64,000 nucleotides of DNA from Octopus sinensis (taxonomy: Eukaryota), in the NCBI RefSeq assembly GCF_006345805.1, contig NC_042999.1, positions 49,042,001 through 49,106,000 on the forward strand, written 5' to 3'. Positions 15,859-31,450 of the stretch are shown here, piece by piece. The first letter of the stretch is position 1. Every line of letters starts with the position of its first letter. The notes below the pieces were generated by a model. That model was not told where the DNA came from. It searched no databases and saw only the letters and a list, made by a program, of their open reading frames with translations. Position numbers and translations under genes: made by a program.

Positions 15859-17899
15859 CTTATATATGTACGCACTCACATACACAGACATATATGTATA
15901 TATGTACATATATATATATATGTATGTATGTATATGTACATATATATATACAAACACAGCCACATATGCACACACACATATACACACACGCACATATATA
16001 CACGTATGGATATACGCATGTATTTATACATTACGATTTATCTGTATTTCTAGAATTTTTCAGCTTCTGATGTCTTAATATACATAATATATTTTCTATG
16101 CCCGTTTATACACACATATATACACGTTTATATACATATATTCCGTAGCCTCATTCTGGCACATTTTCCATTAATGAAAAGGACCCTTATGGAAAATATA
16201 CTGAAAATATTCTTGTTATTACAATTATTATAGTTGCTCTTGTTGTTGATTTTGTTGTCCTTGTGGTAGTAGTCACTGCCATCGTTATCGTCGTCGTCAT
16301 CATCATCATTATCATTATCGTCATTCATGTGTTAATTATTGTTTTGATTGACTCATTCTCTTCTTTTTTTCTTTTTCCTTTTGCATATTTATAACCATTG
16401 CTCGTGTTATAAGCTTGTGTATTTTCACCATACTATACTCAACACTGTTTATATTTTGCACTAATTATTAAGGTTGGTGATTTTCTTACTGCTTCAGTCT
16501 CCCTCCTTTGTTGATCATGTATTATATGTGTTTATCTTATAGACTGATATTTATTTTGTTTTATTTTCATGCACATTTCCTTGATAATATATTTGTGTTT
16601 TGAAATTTATCATCAGTCAGTTGATGCTAGAGTGTTTCAGTAAGATGATCACCGTTTAAATTGAAAATTTTCGTTTTTTTTTTATTTTTTAGTTTCAGTT
16701 TTGCTAAGTTGTAACTTTATTGCTGTTTGTCTGGCAGTTTTGCTGTGTTGTAACTGGAAGTTATTTAGCGCCTATTCTTCTTGTTAACTAACTGTGTTAA
16801 CGAGATTTATACAAGAAATATATGGAAGGATTTAAGTGTAACGTCGTTAAAAGTTACAAGTACTGGAAGTTACATATATAACTCGTGTGCATTTCAGTAT
16901 ATAGAACGGTGTAGTGGAAGTAGTTCATGTAATACAATGCTGCATACAGTATAAAGTAAAAACGTAGAAAGATTATTGTTGTCCAGTGTAATGCATTGAA
17001 GAATGTATAATATAGAGATACCAAGGTTGAAAATGTTAGGGGAGTTGTGTATATTTTGTGGAGTCTATTGTAATGCATAAAGATTTTCCAATATTGTAAT
17101 GCTTCTAGCAGATCCAGGTTGTTATCTCAAGGCTCAAACTATATTTCCCATATTCCAATATTTCCATTTTTAATATATATATTCATAGATATAATTTTTG
17201 GTATAGCACAGACTGTAGTAATTAATACTACTGTTCTAGTTGCCAGACTTATGTTGTTCTGAATGTTTCTTTATTTTCTTCACACACTTTAATTTATTAT
17301 CGTCTGAGCTGTATAGTATTATGTTTTTTTTACAATTTTTCATGATTCATTCTCATGCATTTTATTATTTAATTGCGAGTTTCGTCCCAAAAGATATTAT
17401 TGATGGGATAATTACTTACATTGGTTGCATATAATTTTTCGTTATTTACATTGTTTTTAGACTCCATGCCGCTTTTGTTATTGAAAACAAAAAAAGACAA
17501 AAATCTGATATTTGTGTTTACGGTAATATCTACAATTATAGTATATACAGCTGATACCGGATGCAAAAGTGATAATCTACGATTTTACGCGTCGAAACGT
17601 CACGAGATTGTGGAAAATGATTGGCGGAATGATTTCCAGAATGAAAAAAAGTGATTTTCATTCAGACATTTTACTCCTCTTTAGTTAGTATTACCAAATA
17701 ATTATTTTCAAATATTTTTCAATATCCACTACCTTATAGTTGTGAGTGTGTGTATGTCCGTATTACGCAATGCTATATATATATATATATATACATATAC
17801 ATTAGTATATATACATTTATGTATATATATACTAATGTAGGTGTATATATATGTATATATTTGTATGCATATATACATATATTGAAAAGTATGTGTGCT

Positions 17900-17945
<46 letters not shown>

Positions 17946-18252
17946 ATATATACATTGATAGATGTTAGTATGTAGGTATTTGTGATATATGGATGTAAAG
18001 GCATATATTTTTGTCACAGTAAACGTACACATATAATTGCATATGATTCGATATATATACATATATACACATATATGCATAAACATACGCTTACAGTTAA
18101 TGAACATATGTGTATGTGTGTGCGTGTGCATGTGTGAGTATGTTGGTGTATGGATGCATATTTTGCATATGTACATATATATATATATATTTAACATATA
18201 TAGAGAGATAGATAGATATAGATATATAGATGTACGTATGTATATGCATATA

Positions 18253-18299
<47 letters not shown>

Positions 18300-18535
18300 T
18301 ATATATACAATATATTTATCTTGTATATGTATCGCGTATATGAAAGTTCATATAATGCATGCATAGAGTTTACAGTTTTGCATGCATATGTATAATTACT
18401 TATGTATATATGTATATATATATACATACATATGTATCTATATATATGTATGTATATATACATATATATACGTATATGCATATATATGTATATATATACA
18501 TACATATGTATGTATATACATACATAATATATTCG

Positions 18536-18568
<33 letters not shown>

Positions 18569-18717
18569 TGTGTGTATGTATATATTTACATATCTATATA
18601 TGTATGTATGGTATGTATATACAATTTGCTTCAATATCAACCTTATGTGCGTTCAATAGAATAGTAATGCGTTATACCATAAACAAATATTATTTTCACA
18701 CATACTATAACTTAATC

Positions 18718-19352
18718 CTAAAGACCTGCACCGTCATCATCTGTTACCAAAAGAGGCACAATGACCAAAATCCCAACGACTGTGCTGATTGTTATAAATA
18801 GGAAAGTCCAGAATAGTAATTTGTCAATGACGAGTGCCACTTGTTTCCATTCGTCCATAATTGCAGTTTGATTGTCTTCTTCGTCGCTTTTAGCAACCAG
18901 AAGCCTCAAATACTTGAGAGCCTCCTCTGAGAAAAATGATCGACGATCGTGCTCCGGAAGGTCACTCCCGTTGTCTCCGGCGAAAGGGTTCTGCGCTCTC
19001 GTACTGGAAAACTCTGTCCTTATATCTGATAACATTCCAATTTCCCTTCTATATGGTTTCGGATTTGTTGAAACACTCACCTCGTTCATTAACTTCGTAC
19101 ACATCTCGGTCGGGTCAGCAAGTCTCTCAGCAGCGGCAGCGCTTGGTTTCATGTTGACTCGACGACGTCGGGAGAACCGACATACAGGTTTGCAGCGACA
19201 TCGTAAGAAACTTGATAGGCCTTTCAAAACGAATCGCCGCACCCACGGTGGAACCTCACGCTGATTCGGGACGCAGTGGTGAAGTTTCATTACCATTACT
19301 GATAAAACTACAGACACCGATGACATGGCCATTGAGACGGTTAGATAAATAC
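18718..19352 (-). CDS. Terminal coding exon of a nicotinic acetylcholine receptor-family (Cys-loop) subunit: M3, M3-M4 intracellular loop, M4, stop
   Basis: Acceptor tttttccacAG at 19354-19353, then GT ATT TAT CTA (G-I-Y-L), phase 1, matching the upstream exon donor. Encodes M3 [25 protein letters not shown], amphipathic [16 protein letters not shown]4 [34 protein letters not shown], and ends DDDGAGL-TAG (18720-18718). The exon is 635 nt = 2 + 211 codons. Confidence 0.95.
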
Positions 19353-20232
19353 CTGTGGAAAAAAGACATAAAATGTTATTATGAATGTAAAAATATAATA
19401 AAAATGGTATCAAATACACTACAAAAGACTTCATATTTTTTGGCAATGGATTAAAACGGGGTACTAGGCAAACACTTAACCCATACACGTGGGTGGTGTG
19501 CCGGCATAATCAATAGGATAACAGCCAAAATAGTACATGTTATTTACTTTCGTCCCTTTGCGATCTAAGTTCAAAAGTATTGAAAGTTACCGGATCAATA
19601 TAATTAAGTCTCAATCACATACAATATTCAATTTAATCACTCTTTAGTGTATGTATGTGTGTGTGTGTGTTTGTAGCCTTGTGGTAATACTAGAAATTAC
19701 TACAGGTTTAAGAAGTGTACAGTATTTGATTCTGATCCAACATGGCGTCTCCGTAAATAACACTGCTGTTCTATAGTAATTATTACTAATTCCTCACATA
19801 CTTACTCCCGTTGCTCTATCTCCAATACACACACACGCGTGCGTCTGTGTCAGTGTGTGTCTGTGTGTACTTACATATAATTAAATACGTTTGTTTATCT
19901 TTCTGTAATAATAACAGTTAGAAATTTTCCATATCAATTATGTCTGCTAATTGTAGTCTAGACTCAGACTAATAATTCAAATTATTCTTCACATGTAATA
20001 AGTTTAAAACGCTAAACACATGACAGATGTAATTATAATTTTCCCCTAAAAATGTACATAAATATACACCACAAATCTGTGTTATGTATATGTGTACTCT
20101 CTATAATAATTGGGGAATTTGATTACAATTTGCAAACATACAGAGAGATGTAAAACTAATTAGAGTAGAATTTATTAAGGTAATTATTTCCAAATATGTT
20201 TAGTGTCAGTTGAAATGTTTGTTAATATATAT

Positions 20233-20265
<33 letters not shown>

Positions 20266-20300
20266 GTGTGTGGTGTGTGTGTGTGTGTGGTGTGTGTGTG

Positions 20301-20333
<33 letters not shown>

Positions 20334-20804
20334 TGTGTGTGTGTATGTATGTATGTTTGTGTGTTTATGCAATCTGCACTAACTTCTAAATTAAGAACTA
20401 AGAGTTATATGTTGGCCAAGGAATAATACTGAACTTTCTCATACGGCGTCATAATTCTTTAACTTGAAAGTGCGTTCAAAAGATTTCCTAACTTTGAAGA
20501 TACCAAATTCTCAGACTCACTCATTCATTCGGGAATTCTGGCGTTGGTGCATTATATTTATTTTACGACTGTTGAATGCACTTTTTTGTTCTGGATTATG
20601 TACTCTTTTCGGACAGCATACATACAGACTTTTACAACCACACACACACGCACACACATACACACACACATACTTCACACACTCACGCACGCACACATAC
20701 GTGCACGCGTAAATCTGTTTGTATATACATTCATGTAAATGTGTGTATCCTATAAACATATTCCACACATACTCCATTTACATATATTTGTGTGTGCAAG
20801 TGTG

Positions 20805-20852
<48 letters not shown>

Positions 20853-20861
20853 TATATAATA

Positions 20862-21761
20862 ACAATTTAATAAGTAAAACATATGCATACATACATATAT
20901 GTACATACCTACATCTTTATGTATATATACAAGCATATATGGGTACAGGACACCAGAAAAAAACGTAGAACACAACGAGAAACGAAAACATAAAAACAAA
21001 ACCAGGAAACATACTTTTTTAACAACGAAAAAACAGAGACCAAGACATACAACACAAGGAACATTCCCCTTCTTCAGCTGCCCCTTTTTCGACTCAATGC
21101 GTGTTTCGAAGGTTCATCCTTTCTGGTTTATTCTCCTCTCCCTTTCACCGTTCCCTCTCTCTCTCTCTCACTCCTTCTCCCTCTCGTCGCTGACCAGAGG
21201 GCTACTAACTTTCTTTTTGACTAGTGCCTTCAACAAGTCAACAACGGCTTCTCCTGTCCTCGTAAGCCGTTCTTCAGGATGCGTTCAAATGAATTTTTCC
21301 ACAGTCTAGGTTTAAAAAGCCCGCATTGTTGGTTTCTCCTTGTCCTGTCTTTTACTGTTTTCATCTTTATTTGTACTGTTTTTTCTTTATTTGTATTGCT
21401 TTTACTGTCATTTTCTTGTCACCATTTTTACCCTTCCGCTAAAAATTTTTTCTTTAATTTCCTTTGCGGGAAGGAATGTTTCAAAGTAGTCGTGTTCTGC
21501 CCTTACCTTCGAAACACACATTGAGTCGAAACAGGTGCAGCTGAAGAAGGGGAATGTTCCTTGCGTTGTATGTCTTGTACTCTGTTTTTTTCGTTGTTAA
21601 AATAAAGTCTGTTTCCTTGTTTTGTTTTTATGTTTTCGTTTCTCGTTATGTTCTACGTTTGTTTTTGTGGGGTCCTGTACCCATATATGCATGAATATGT
21701 AGGTATGTACATATATGTATGTATATATTCATATGTTTTATTTATTAAATTGTTATTATAT
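20862..21761. repeat. Inverted-repeat element (~250-bp arms, ~390-bp spacer) inside the nAChR intron
   Basis: 20862-21112 (…gggtacaggacacc…cccttcttcagctg…gtgtttcgaagg) is a moderately diverged reverse complement of 21506-21761. A related partial copy sits at ~5050-5190. Confidence 0.8.
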
Positions 21762-21806
21762 GATTGAACGCACGCGTCTTCCTCCAAATAAGTTTTATAC
21801 ATACAT

Positions 21807-21951
<145 letters not shown>

Positions 21952-22734
21952 TATATATATAGATAGATAGATAGATGGATAGATAGTGTTACATAGTGTA
22001 TGTAGCTACTTATGTACTATGGATTAACGCTAATATTAAGAAAAAATTGGAGACGCCGCACTTCAGCTGATATTGTCTTGAAGCTGTAAAAATATTTGAA
22101 CTCAACATCGTAACCTCTTCACTGTAACATATATTTATTGTGCCTAGCCGCAGTTTATTAGATTTTGCTAGCCTAAATAAAGTATTTTCTAGCTGTACAA
22201 TTAATGATAATTTGCAGGAAATTCTTCACTATTAGAATATTTTATTTATTAGTACAAAACTCCAGTTTTCTCCAACACAGAGAATCTTACACAATATTCT
22301 ATGTATATATTTATATTTACGCATCCATCTGCGTGGTCAGTTCAAGGAAAATTCCGGTTCCTATCATGGCAGCGGGAACTAGAATTTGTAAATAATTTAT
22401 ACTGCAATTCGTATGTATCTATTTGTACTATAGCTTCATCAGTGCTAACATCAGTCCATCCTGCATTATAATTTTGCTTGTCCCAGTTTATCATGAATTG
22501 CGACAAATTGATTATCTCTCACTTAGAAACTCGAAAGCCGAAACCAATATAGTAACTTTCTCAGTGAGATCGCTCCACACAGACACAAATAAATACATTA
22601 ATAAAAAAGAAGTATGTTGTTACATAATTAAAAAAAACATTCTATGTCAATTATCAACTATAATTTTTGATATTTAAATGTCTAGACTAAAGATGAAACA
22701 TTGAATTTATTCATTTCTTTGCTATCATTATCAT

Positions 22735-22779
22735 TATTATTATCATCATCATCCTTATTATTATTATTATTATTATTAT

Positions 22780-22817
<38 letters not shown>

Positions 22818-22946
22818 TTACTATTATTATTATTATTATTATTTTTTTTATTATTATTATTACTATTATTATTATTACTATTATTATTATTATTACAATC
22901 GTTATTATTATTACTATTACTATTATTATTATTATTATTATTATTA

Positions 22947-22994
<48 letters not shown>
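22735..22994. repeat. Compound trinucleotide microsatellite (TCA)/(TTA)/(TAG)
   Basis: Direct inspection; source of the poly-L/V/Y pseudo-ORFs. Confidence 0.95.
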
Positions 22995-23781
22995 CGAACA
23001 AGCAATTAAACAATAAGTGTAATATATAATATGCCCGGGAATAGCAGCCATAACGAGAAAAAGCTGGAATTAACGGAGATGAAATTACATCTAAATGTCT
23101 ATAAATAATACCAACAGTAACTGTGGCCACCATGACATTAATCATGGCAAGAAAATATCAAATAGTATTTCATGTGCCTTGAGAATTCTAGAAAAATAGA
23201 AAACAAAATTTAATTCTAATGTGCATTTAATTCAAGAAGATATTTATCTTTGAGGCAATTATATATTACTAAAAGCCATTATTTTATATTCATTTATGCA
23301 CAGTCTCTCATTGTAACATTTAAGTAGACATTATGTGTGTGAGAGTTTGTGCGTGTTGGGGATTCTGAGTGTGTTTGTCTAATTCTGTGCGTTCTGTGCA
23401 TTTATATGCTGGGTCCGGAGATAGGGGTTGTGGCCATGCCCTGCGCAGGCTCTCCAAGACCGGTGAGATTCATGTTATTAATGATTTGCTTGAAATTTTG
23501 CAAGTCAAAACCTGCATGAAATGCGTCAGCAGGAAAGGGTGCTCCTGAGATTGAACGCTATGGAAAAGGAAGGAATTGCTTCAGTGTTTAATACGGGTAA
23601 CGGAGTGGGTGAATAGTCTGTAACCTAAGAAGCAGTGGAGATTATTTTAAGTTACCACTCAATTTTATGGGTACCTCCAAGATGCTCTTGTGTGTGTGTG
23701 TGTATGTGTGTGGGGGGTATGGATGTAAGGTAAGTTGTTTGTGGCTTATCTCAAATGCTGTGAGTTACCATATGTAACATT

Positions 23782-24075
23782 TGTAGAGACACATGGCCTA
23801 GTGGTTAGAGCAGCGGACTCGCTGTCGAGGGATCGCGGGTTCGAATCTCAGACCGGGCGATGTGTGTATTTATGAGCGAAACACCTAAGCTCCACGTGGC
23901 TCCGGCAGAAGGTAATGGCGAACTTCGTCTGACTCTTTGACGAAAGCTTTCTCTCACTCTTTCCTTTTTGCAGCTCACCTGCGACGGACCGGCGTCCAGG
24001 TTGGGAACATATGCGCCAAGGAAACCGGGAAACCGGCTCTAATGAGCCAGGCGTGGCTCGAGAAGGAACAAACAA
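23782..24075 (+). mobile_element. Full-length tRNA-derived SINE with 13-bp target-site duplication
   Basis: A box TGGCCTAGTGG (~23794), B box GGTTCGAATCT (~23838), (AAC)-type tail. Flanking direct repeat CATATGTAACATT at 23769-23781 and 24076-24088. Confidence 0.88.
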
Positions 24076-24268
24076 CATATGTAACATTATTACAGAAACC
24101 ACATTCCTATCTCACACACATACGCTATATTAAAGTTCTTCACCTATTTTCTGTCTTTACTCACATACTTTAAGCTACCTCCACAGTTATAAATTCATAT
24201 TACAACAGACTATAAATTCACTCACGAAGTAAATACTATATATTTGTTTGTGTGTGTGTGTGTGTGTG

Positions 24269-24315
<47 letters not shown>

Positions 24316-24750
24316 GTCTTTATATATCAAAGGGAGCACTTAGCAAATCAATGTTATATTCGAATAGGCATAAATTATGTTTCAAAGAGTGTATAATCAT
24401 AATTATATTGAATAAAAGCGAAATTCAGAGTGATGCTATGAGCGTTTCGGTAAAGGGGAGATCTTTCCATTCTATACCATTATAGAATTTTAAAAAAGTA
24501 TGGAATATTGGTAGTAAAAACGAAGCAAATTACGGAGTGAGAGTGCGAAGCAGTGATGTGCATAAATGCAATGTTATTACCAGTTCAAAAATGCTTGTGG
24601 CTCGATCGAACTCGTAAACAAGCCATTCACTGTGTTTTGCTATGGAGAATGTCATAGGGTGTATATACACCATTTGCCCACAGCGAAAAGTTCCGGTGAG
24701 CCGTCGCATGGCACTATTAGGCATCGTATGGTGACTGAAATAGCATAAAA

Positions 24751-24937
24751 GAAACAATCTCTTTTATCACATCGCAGCGTCTCCTACCTAGCGTCTGTGA
24801 CCAAATAGGGAGATAACCACTCCGAAATGCTTTCATCTGTACGCAGCGCCACCTATATAGACTGAGAGATGCAAGCATTTCGGAGTTGTTATCTCCTATT
24901 TGGTGGGGCGCTTCAAACTGATAAAAGAGATTGTTTC
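24751..24937. repeat. ~190-bp imperfect hairpin (MITE/fold-back-like) inside the nAChR intron
   Basis: gaaacaatctcttttatca (24751-24769) pairs with tgataaaagagattgtttc (24919-24937). ccaaatagggagataaccactccgaaatgctt (24801-24832) pairs with 24873-24903. Confidence 0.82.
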
Positions 24938-25779
24938 TCTTGTGGTTATTTCAGTCACAGTACGATGACTGATAGTGCCATGCGGCGGCTCAACGTAATT
25001 TCTCGATGTAGACAAATGGTGTAAAATACACTCTGCGACAAAACACAGTGAATAGCTTGTTTACGAGTTAGAACGTGCCACAAGCATATATGAACTGGTA
25101 ATAACACAATGAACAACATGTATATAGAATACAGGTAACGAATCAAAAGAATGCTCGTTTACTAAAACGATCGTAACATCAAATTGAATTGTCAATTCCT
25201 TTCATATATATGTATATGTGTGTGTGTGTTTGTATGTATGTATGCATGAGTGTGTATGTGTGTGTGTGTGCAGGTTTATCCCTTTCAAATTATTCCTACA
25301 GATTTTCTATAGAATTTAATGCCATGACTGAAAATTACGGTGTTTCATACACGAATACATTCATTTATGTAATGCGATCGTAGGTGGAAAAATCGGCAAT
25401 GGATGTCTATGCATATTTCAGGAGTCATTGCTCCTACCTCAGCACCACATCCAACCCAATAACCATGCAAGAACACATTCCTTAAATAGCCACTAAGTTT
25501 AGTAGTGCAACACTATTGCATCGACCAAACAACATTCCTGGCAACACGTACGTACATTTTAATTGCATACATATAAAACACTGTATTTCATTTTGCAACC
25601 ATAATATATTACTAAGTATATTAAAGGTTTTATAAGTTTATACTCAGTAGCACTTTTGTGTTAGCAGTGCGATTCAGTCACGTTTATATTATGATTGCAA
25701 AACGAAATACATTATCCCTACCAGCAATTAAGATGTATGTATATATGTGTATATATAAACAGACAACACACCCTCTCGC

Positions 25780-25812
<33 letters not shown>

Positions 25813-25823
25813 AACACACACAC

Positions 25824-25909
<86 letters not shown>

Positions 25910-26048
25910 GAACATACACACTTATATATGTACATTCACATATATAGATATTATATATGTATATATATGTGTGTGTATGTATATGTATATGTATATATTA
26001 CAACAAACATTTCTTTATAAAAGGATTTTATATAAGAAGCATAATTAC

Positions 26049-26584
26049 CAATGAGAGGTACAAATTCCGATGTGGGTGGCATACTGTCAGCTACAAGTAG
26101 CATAAAGACTGAGTACGATAGAAGAACTGTGATGCCGAGAGTCATTTTCTCACCGGCGTCTGGTGGAAGGGCAAAGTTTAACACACTTAATATGTTTAGC
26201 CAGAAACATGGAGCAATAATGTTTAGCACGTAGTACAGAACTCTGCGACGAATGACCAAAACAACGGTAACGTCGGGATACACGGCGTCACCGATTGGGT
26301 ACACTGTCTCATTACGAACAATTTCAAACCTGCTTAGTCGCCACTCTCCATTGGTCACATAACTTGACACGTCAACGAAATCAGCCTGGTTGAGAAGATC
26401 AACTTGAGCCTTGTCATATGTCCATGAACCAAATTTCAGTTTGCATATTTGTGTATCGAAAGGAAAATATGTTATGTCCACTTTACATGAGCTACGTAGC
26501 CGCACTGGTGGTGACCAGAATACATTTCCGTTATCATGTACCATTGCATTCACATTCATAAATCCAGTTGTGTAATCGTCAGCA
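26049..26584 (-). CDS. Internal coding exon of the same nAChR-family subunit: C-terminal half of the ligand-binding domain, M1, M2, M2-M3 linker (non-alpha: no vicinal CC)
   Basis: Acceptor ttttgcatttatttcAG at 26586-26585 (phase 2, then ADDYTTGFMNVNAMV). Donor G|GTAATT at 26048 after VPLI (phase 1). 536 nt = 1+534+1. Cys-loop CKVDITYFPFDTQIC (C-x13-C), loop B KFGSWTYD, loop C RNETVYPIGDAVYPD, M1 YYVLNIIAPCFWLNILSVLNF, M2 GEKMTLGITVLLSYSVFMLLVADSMP. Confidence 0.96.
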
Positions 26585-27854
26585 CTGAAATAAATGCAAA
26601 AAGAAAATTAAATATTGTACTAATGTTAAGGTTATTAAATAATAACGTTTTTTTTTTTTTTTGGTACGTAGCTACATTTGACATAAATACACCCGGTAAT
26701 AAACTGTCAATTATTGTTTTGTCGCCAAGAGCATAAAAGAAGAGGCCAACGTTATAACGCTTTGAAAACAAAAGAACATAATTAAATTATTTACCTTAGT
26801 GTTTCACCAGCCACATATCTGGTAAATGCTTATTTTTTATTTTTATGTTGTTAGCAAATCTCTTGAGCCCATTAATCATTATACGTTAAGTGAAACAGTC
26901 TGAAATCAAAGAGCCCCTACACAACTGGTGCTAATGCGTTCTCCTCATCACAAATCAATACTGATTTGATTTTATTTACTCCGATGTATCATATTTTAGA
27001 AAAGAGTTCATTTCGATATTACAATGTGCACCAACAAGTACTGAAGCAGAACACTTGCAAGTACTGCAGTAGCTTGCAGTATGATATTTGAAGATTCCGA
27101 TAACTGTTCTTACGCATATATAAATTTCTTAAGATAAACATAAATTTCTTAATACTGAAAATATCGATGAGAAAAGTTTTAACATTTCTTCATTGCAAAA
27201 AGCATTAGTGATGCATAATCACTAGCTGCATACTCATTACCAGAGGTGAGTATTCCTCATTCCATAATACAAATTACCATACAGTGACCATATATAATAA
27301 TTTATGAATGAACACAGATTCAAGTAAGAATATCTATATTTCTATCATTCTTCGGGAGTCGACAGCTTAAAATAACAGTCAAGAAATGGGGTTGCATTAA
27401 TCTACAATACCCTCGGCCAAAACTTGTCAGTCTTACACTAACGCCAGAAATTAATGTCTAATATAAAGTAACAGCCTACCCCATTACTCGCCATTACTTG
27501 ACCTAATAACACTATAACAAAACTAATACACATATCTTAGAAGACACACCAGTAATTCAAAGTAATTATTGAATCTCTGTTCCAAATTTTATGCAAGATA
27601 TCTATTATTTACTAAATAAATAATTATAGCTTCCACGTAAGAAACCCAAGCTGTAGGCTCCATCCATCACGAAATGTTAATTCAGTCAATAACAGCTAAG
27701 CTGATAGCAGTTACATTTCAACGTAAGTTTGATTTCACGTATTTCAAAATTGAGTAGAATATTTACCACTTCAGGCCTTAAACTTTTGCACTATGTGCGT
27801 GCAGATATATATATGTATATATATATATATCATATATATATATATATATATATC

Positions 27855-27935
<81 letters not shown>

Positions 27936-27959
27936 AGTGTGTATGTGTGTGTGTGTATG

Positions 27960-30230
<2,271 letters not shown>

Positions 30231-30250
30231 CAGACACACCAACATACACA

Positions 30251-30282
<32 letters not shown>

Positions 30283-30290
30283 CACACACA

Positions 30291-30404
<114 letters not shown>

Positions 30405-30499
30405 TAATCCAAACAAGAAAACACAGAAAAAGACACAGCAACGCGAGGACGTGGAACAATTAAAGTATTATTTGACGCTCAGGAAAGAAGGGAAGGAGG

Positions 30500-30534
30500 G
30501 TTTAACGTTTCGAGCGGAGCTCTTCGTCGGAAAC
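30500..30534 (-). ncRNA. Hammerhead-like minimal motif (U4C change, extra A after A9)
   Basis: Minus strand: GUUU [I] CCGACGA A GAGC-UCC-GCUC [II] GAAA CG UU [palindromic ACGU] AAAC [I']. Lies in a non-coding repeat between (TA)n tracts (~30400-30640). Confidence 0.45.
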
Positions 30535-30869
30535 AAGGAGAAGGAAAGATCCCGAGAAGGGAAGACAGAGGAAAAAATATTTTTGCTGGTGGTGCTCAAG
30601 AGATCACACGTTGAAAGAACAGTAGTTGAAAGGTAGACGAATCAATATATATATCAATATATATATATATATATATATATATATCAATATATATATATAA
30701 ATTAAATACAAAATGGGACAAGAATGCGGAACATCCGGACAACTAGGTGATACAAAAAGGGACAACAAAACCTCCAGATAGACGATACAAAAAAAAACAC
30801 GAACGGGTCACTCGAAACCGTTTATCTTCAGTCAAGAACATAATCATCCTCGCCATTTCGGCTGATTAA

Positions 30870-31025
30870 TCTTGGGCTTCTTTCAGTTTCCGTCTACCAA
30901 ATCCACTCACAAGGCTTTGGTCGGCCCGAGGCTACAGTAGAAAACACTTGTCCAAGGTGCCACGCAGTGGGACTGAACCCGGAACTATGTGGTTGGTAAG
31001 CTAGCTACTTACCACACAGCCACTT
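30870..31025 (-). mobile_element. SINE head, same family as 54255
   Basis: The reverse complement reads gtggctgtgtggtaagtagc…gttccgggttcagtcccactgcgtggcaccttggacaagtg…gacggaaactgaaagaag. Confidence 0.65.
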
Positions 31026-31418
31026 AATAAATAATTTATAAGTATTTTAAAATAGGGGGTTATTTTCAGTCACGCTGTCCATGTCTTAACTGCATTTCTC
31101 TTGATATTTTGTAAAGGAAAAGATAGTTTAGGCGTAAATAAAATATTAGTAATTTATTAGGTTACAATTTGTTAAATGAAAATTTATTTTAGACTTTAAT
31201 TGTTGTTCATACAAACTGGAGCACTTTGTTTTGTGTTTTGAATAGATCTCAGTTTTTAGACCTTTATATTTCTACGCGCCTCCTTAAATTCAATTTTATA
31301 ACACCTAATCGAAACATCACATAGATTTTAAAATATGGTATCAAATAATTTTTCTCATTACTTGTCTATCATTATATATTTGCGCGTGTGTCTGTGAATA
31401 CACTTGCACACACACACT

Positions 31419-31450
<32 letters not shown>

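Noticed and set aside
17421-17654. Plus-strand ORF with a hydrophobic stretch (MPLLLLKTKKDKNLIFVFTVISTIIVYT…)
   Set aside because: Short, no domain, no supporting partner exons; expected by chance in AT-rich DNA.
21240-21290. CUGAAGA followed by a CGGCUU/AAGCCG hairpin on the minus strand in the spacer of the 20862 inverted repeat
   Set aside because: No GAAA, stem III or stem I' after the hairpin; not a complete hammerhead.
23786-23860. tRNA-like A/B boxes (also at 49324 and 56586)
   Set aside because: No complete cloverleaf, and they continue into SINE bodies; not tRNA genes.
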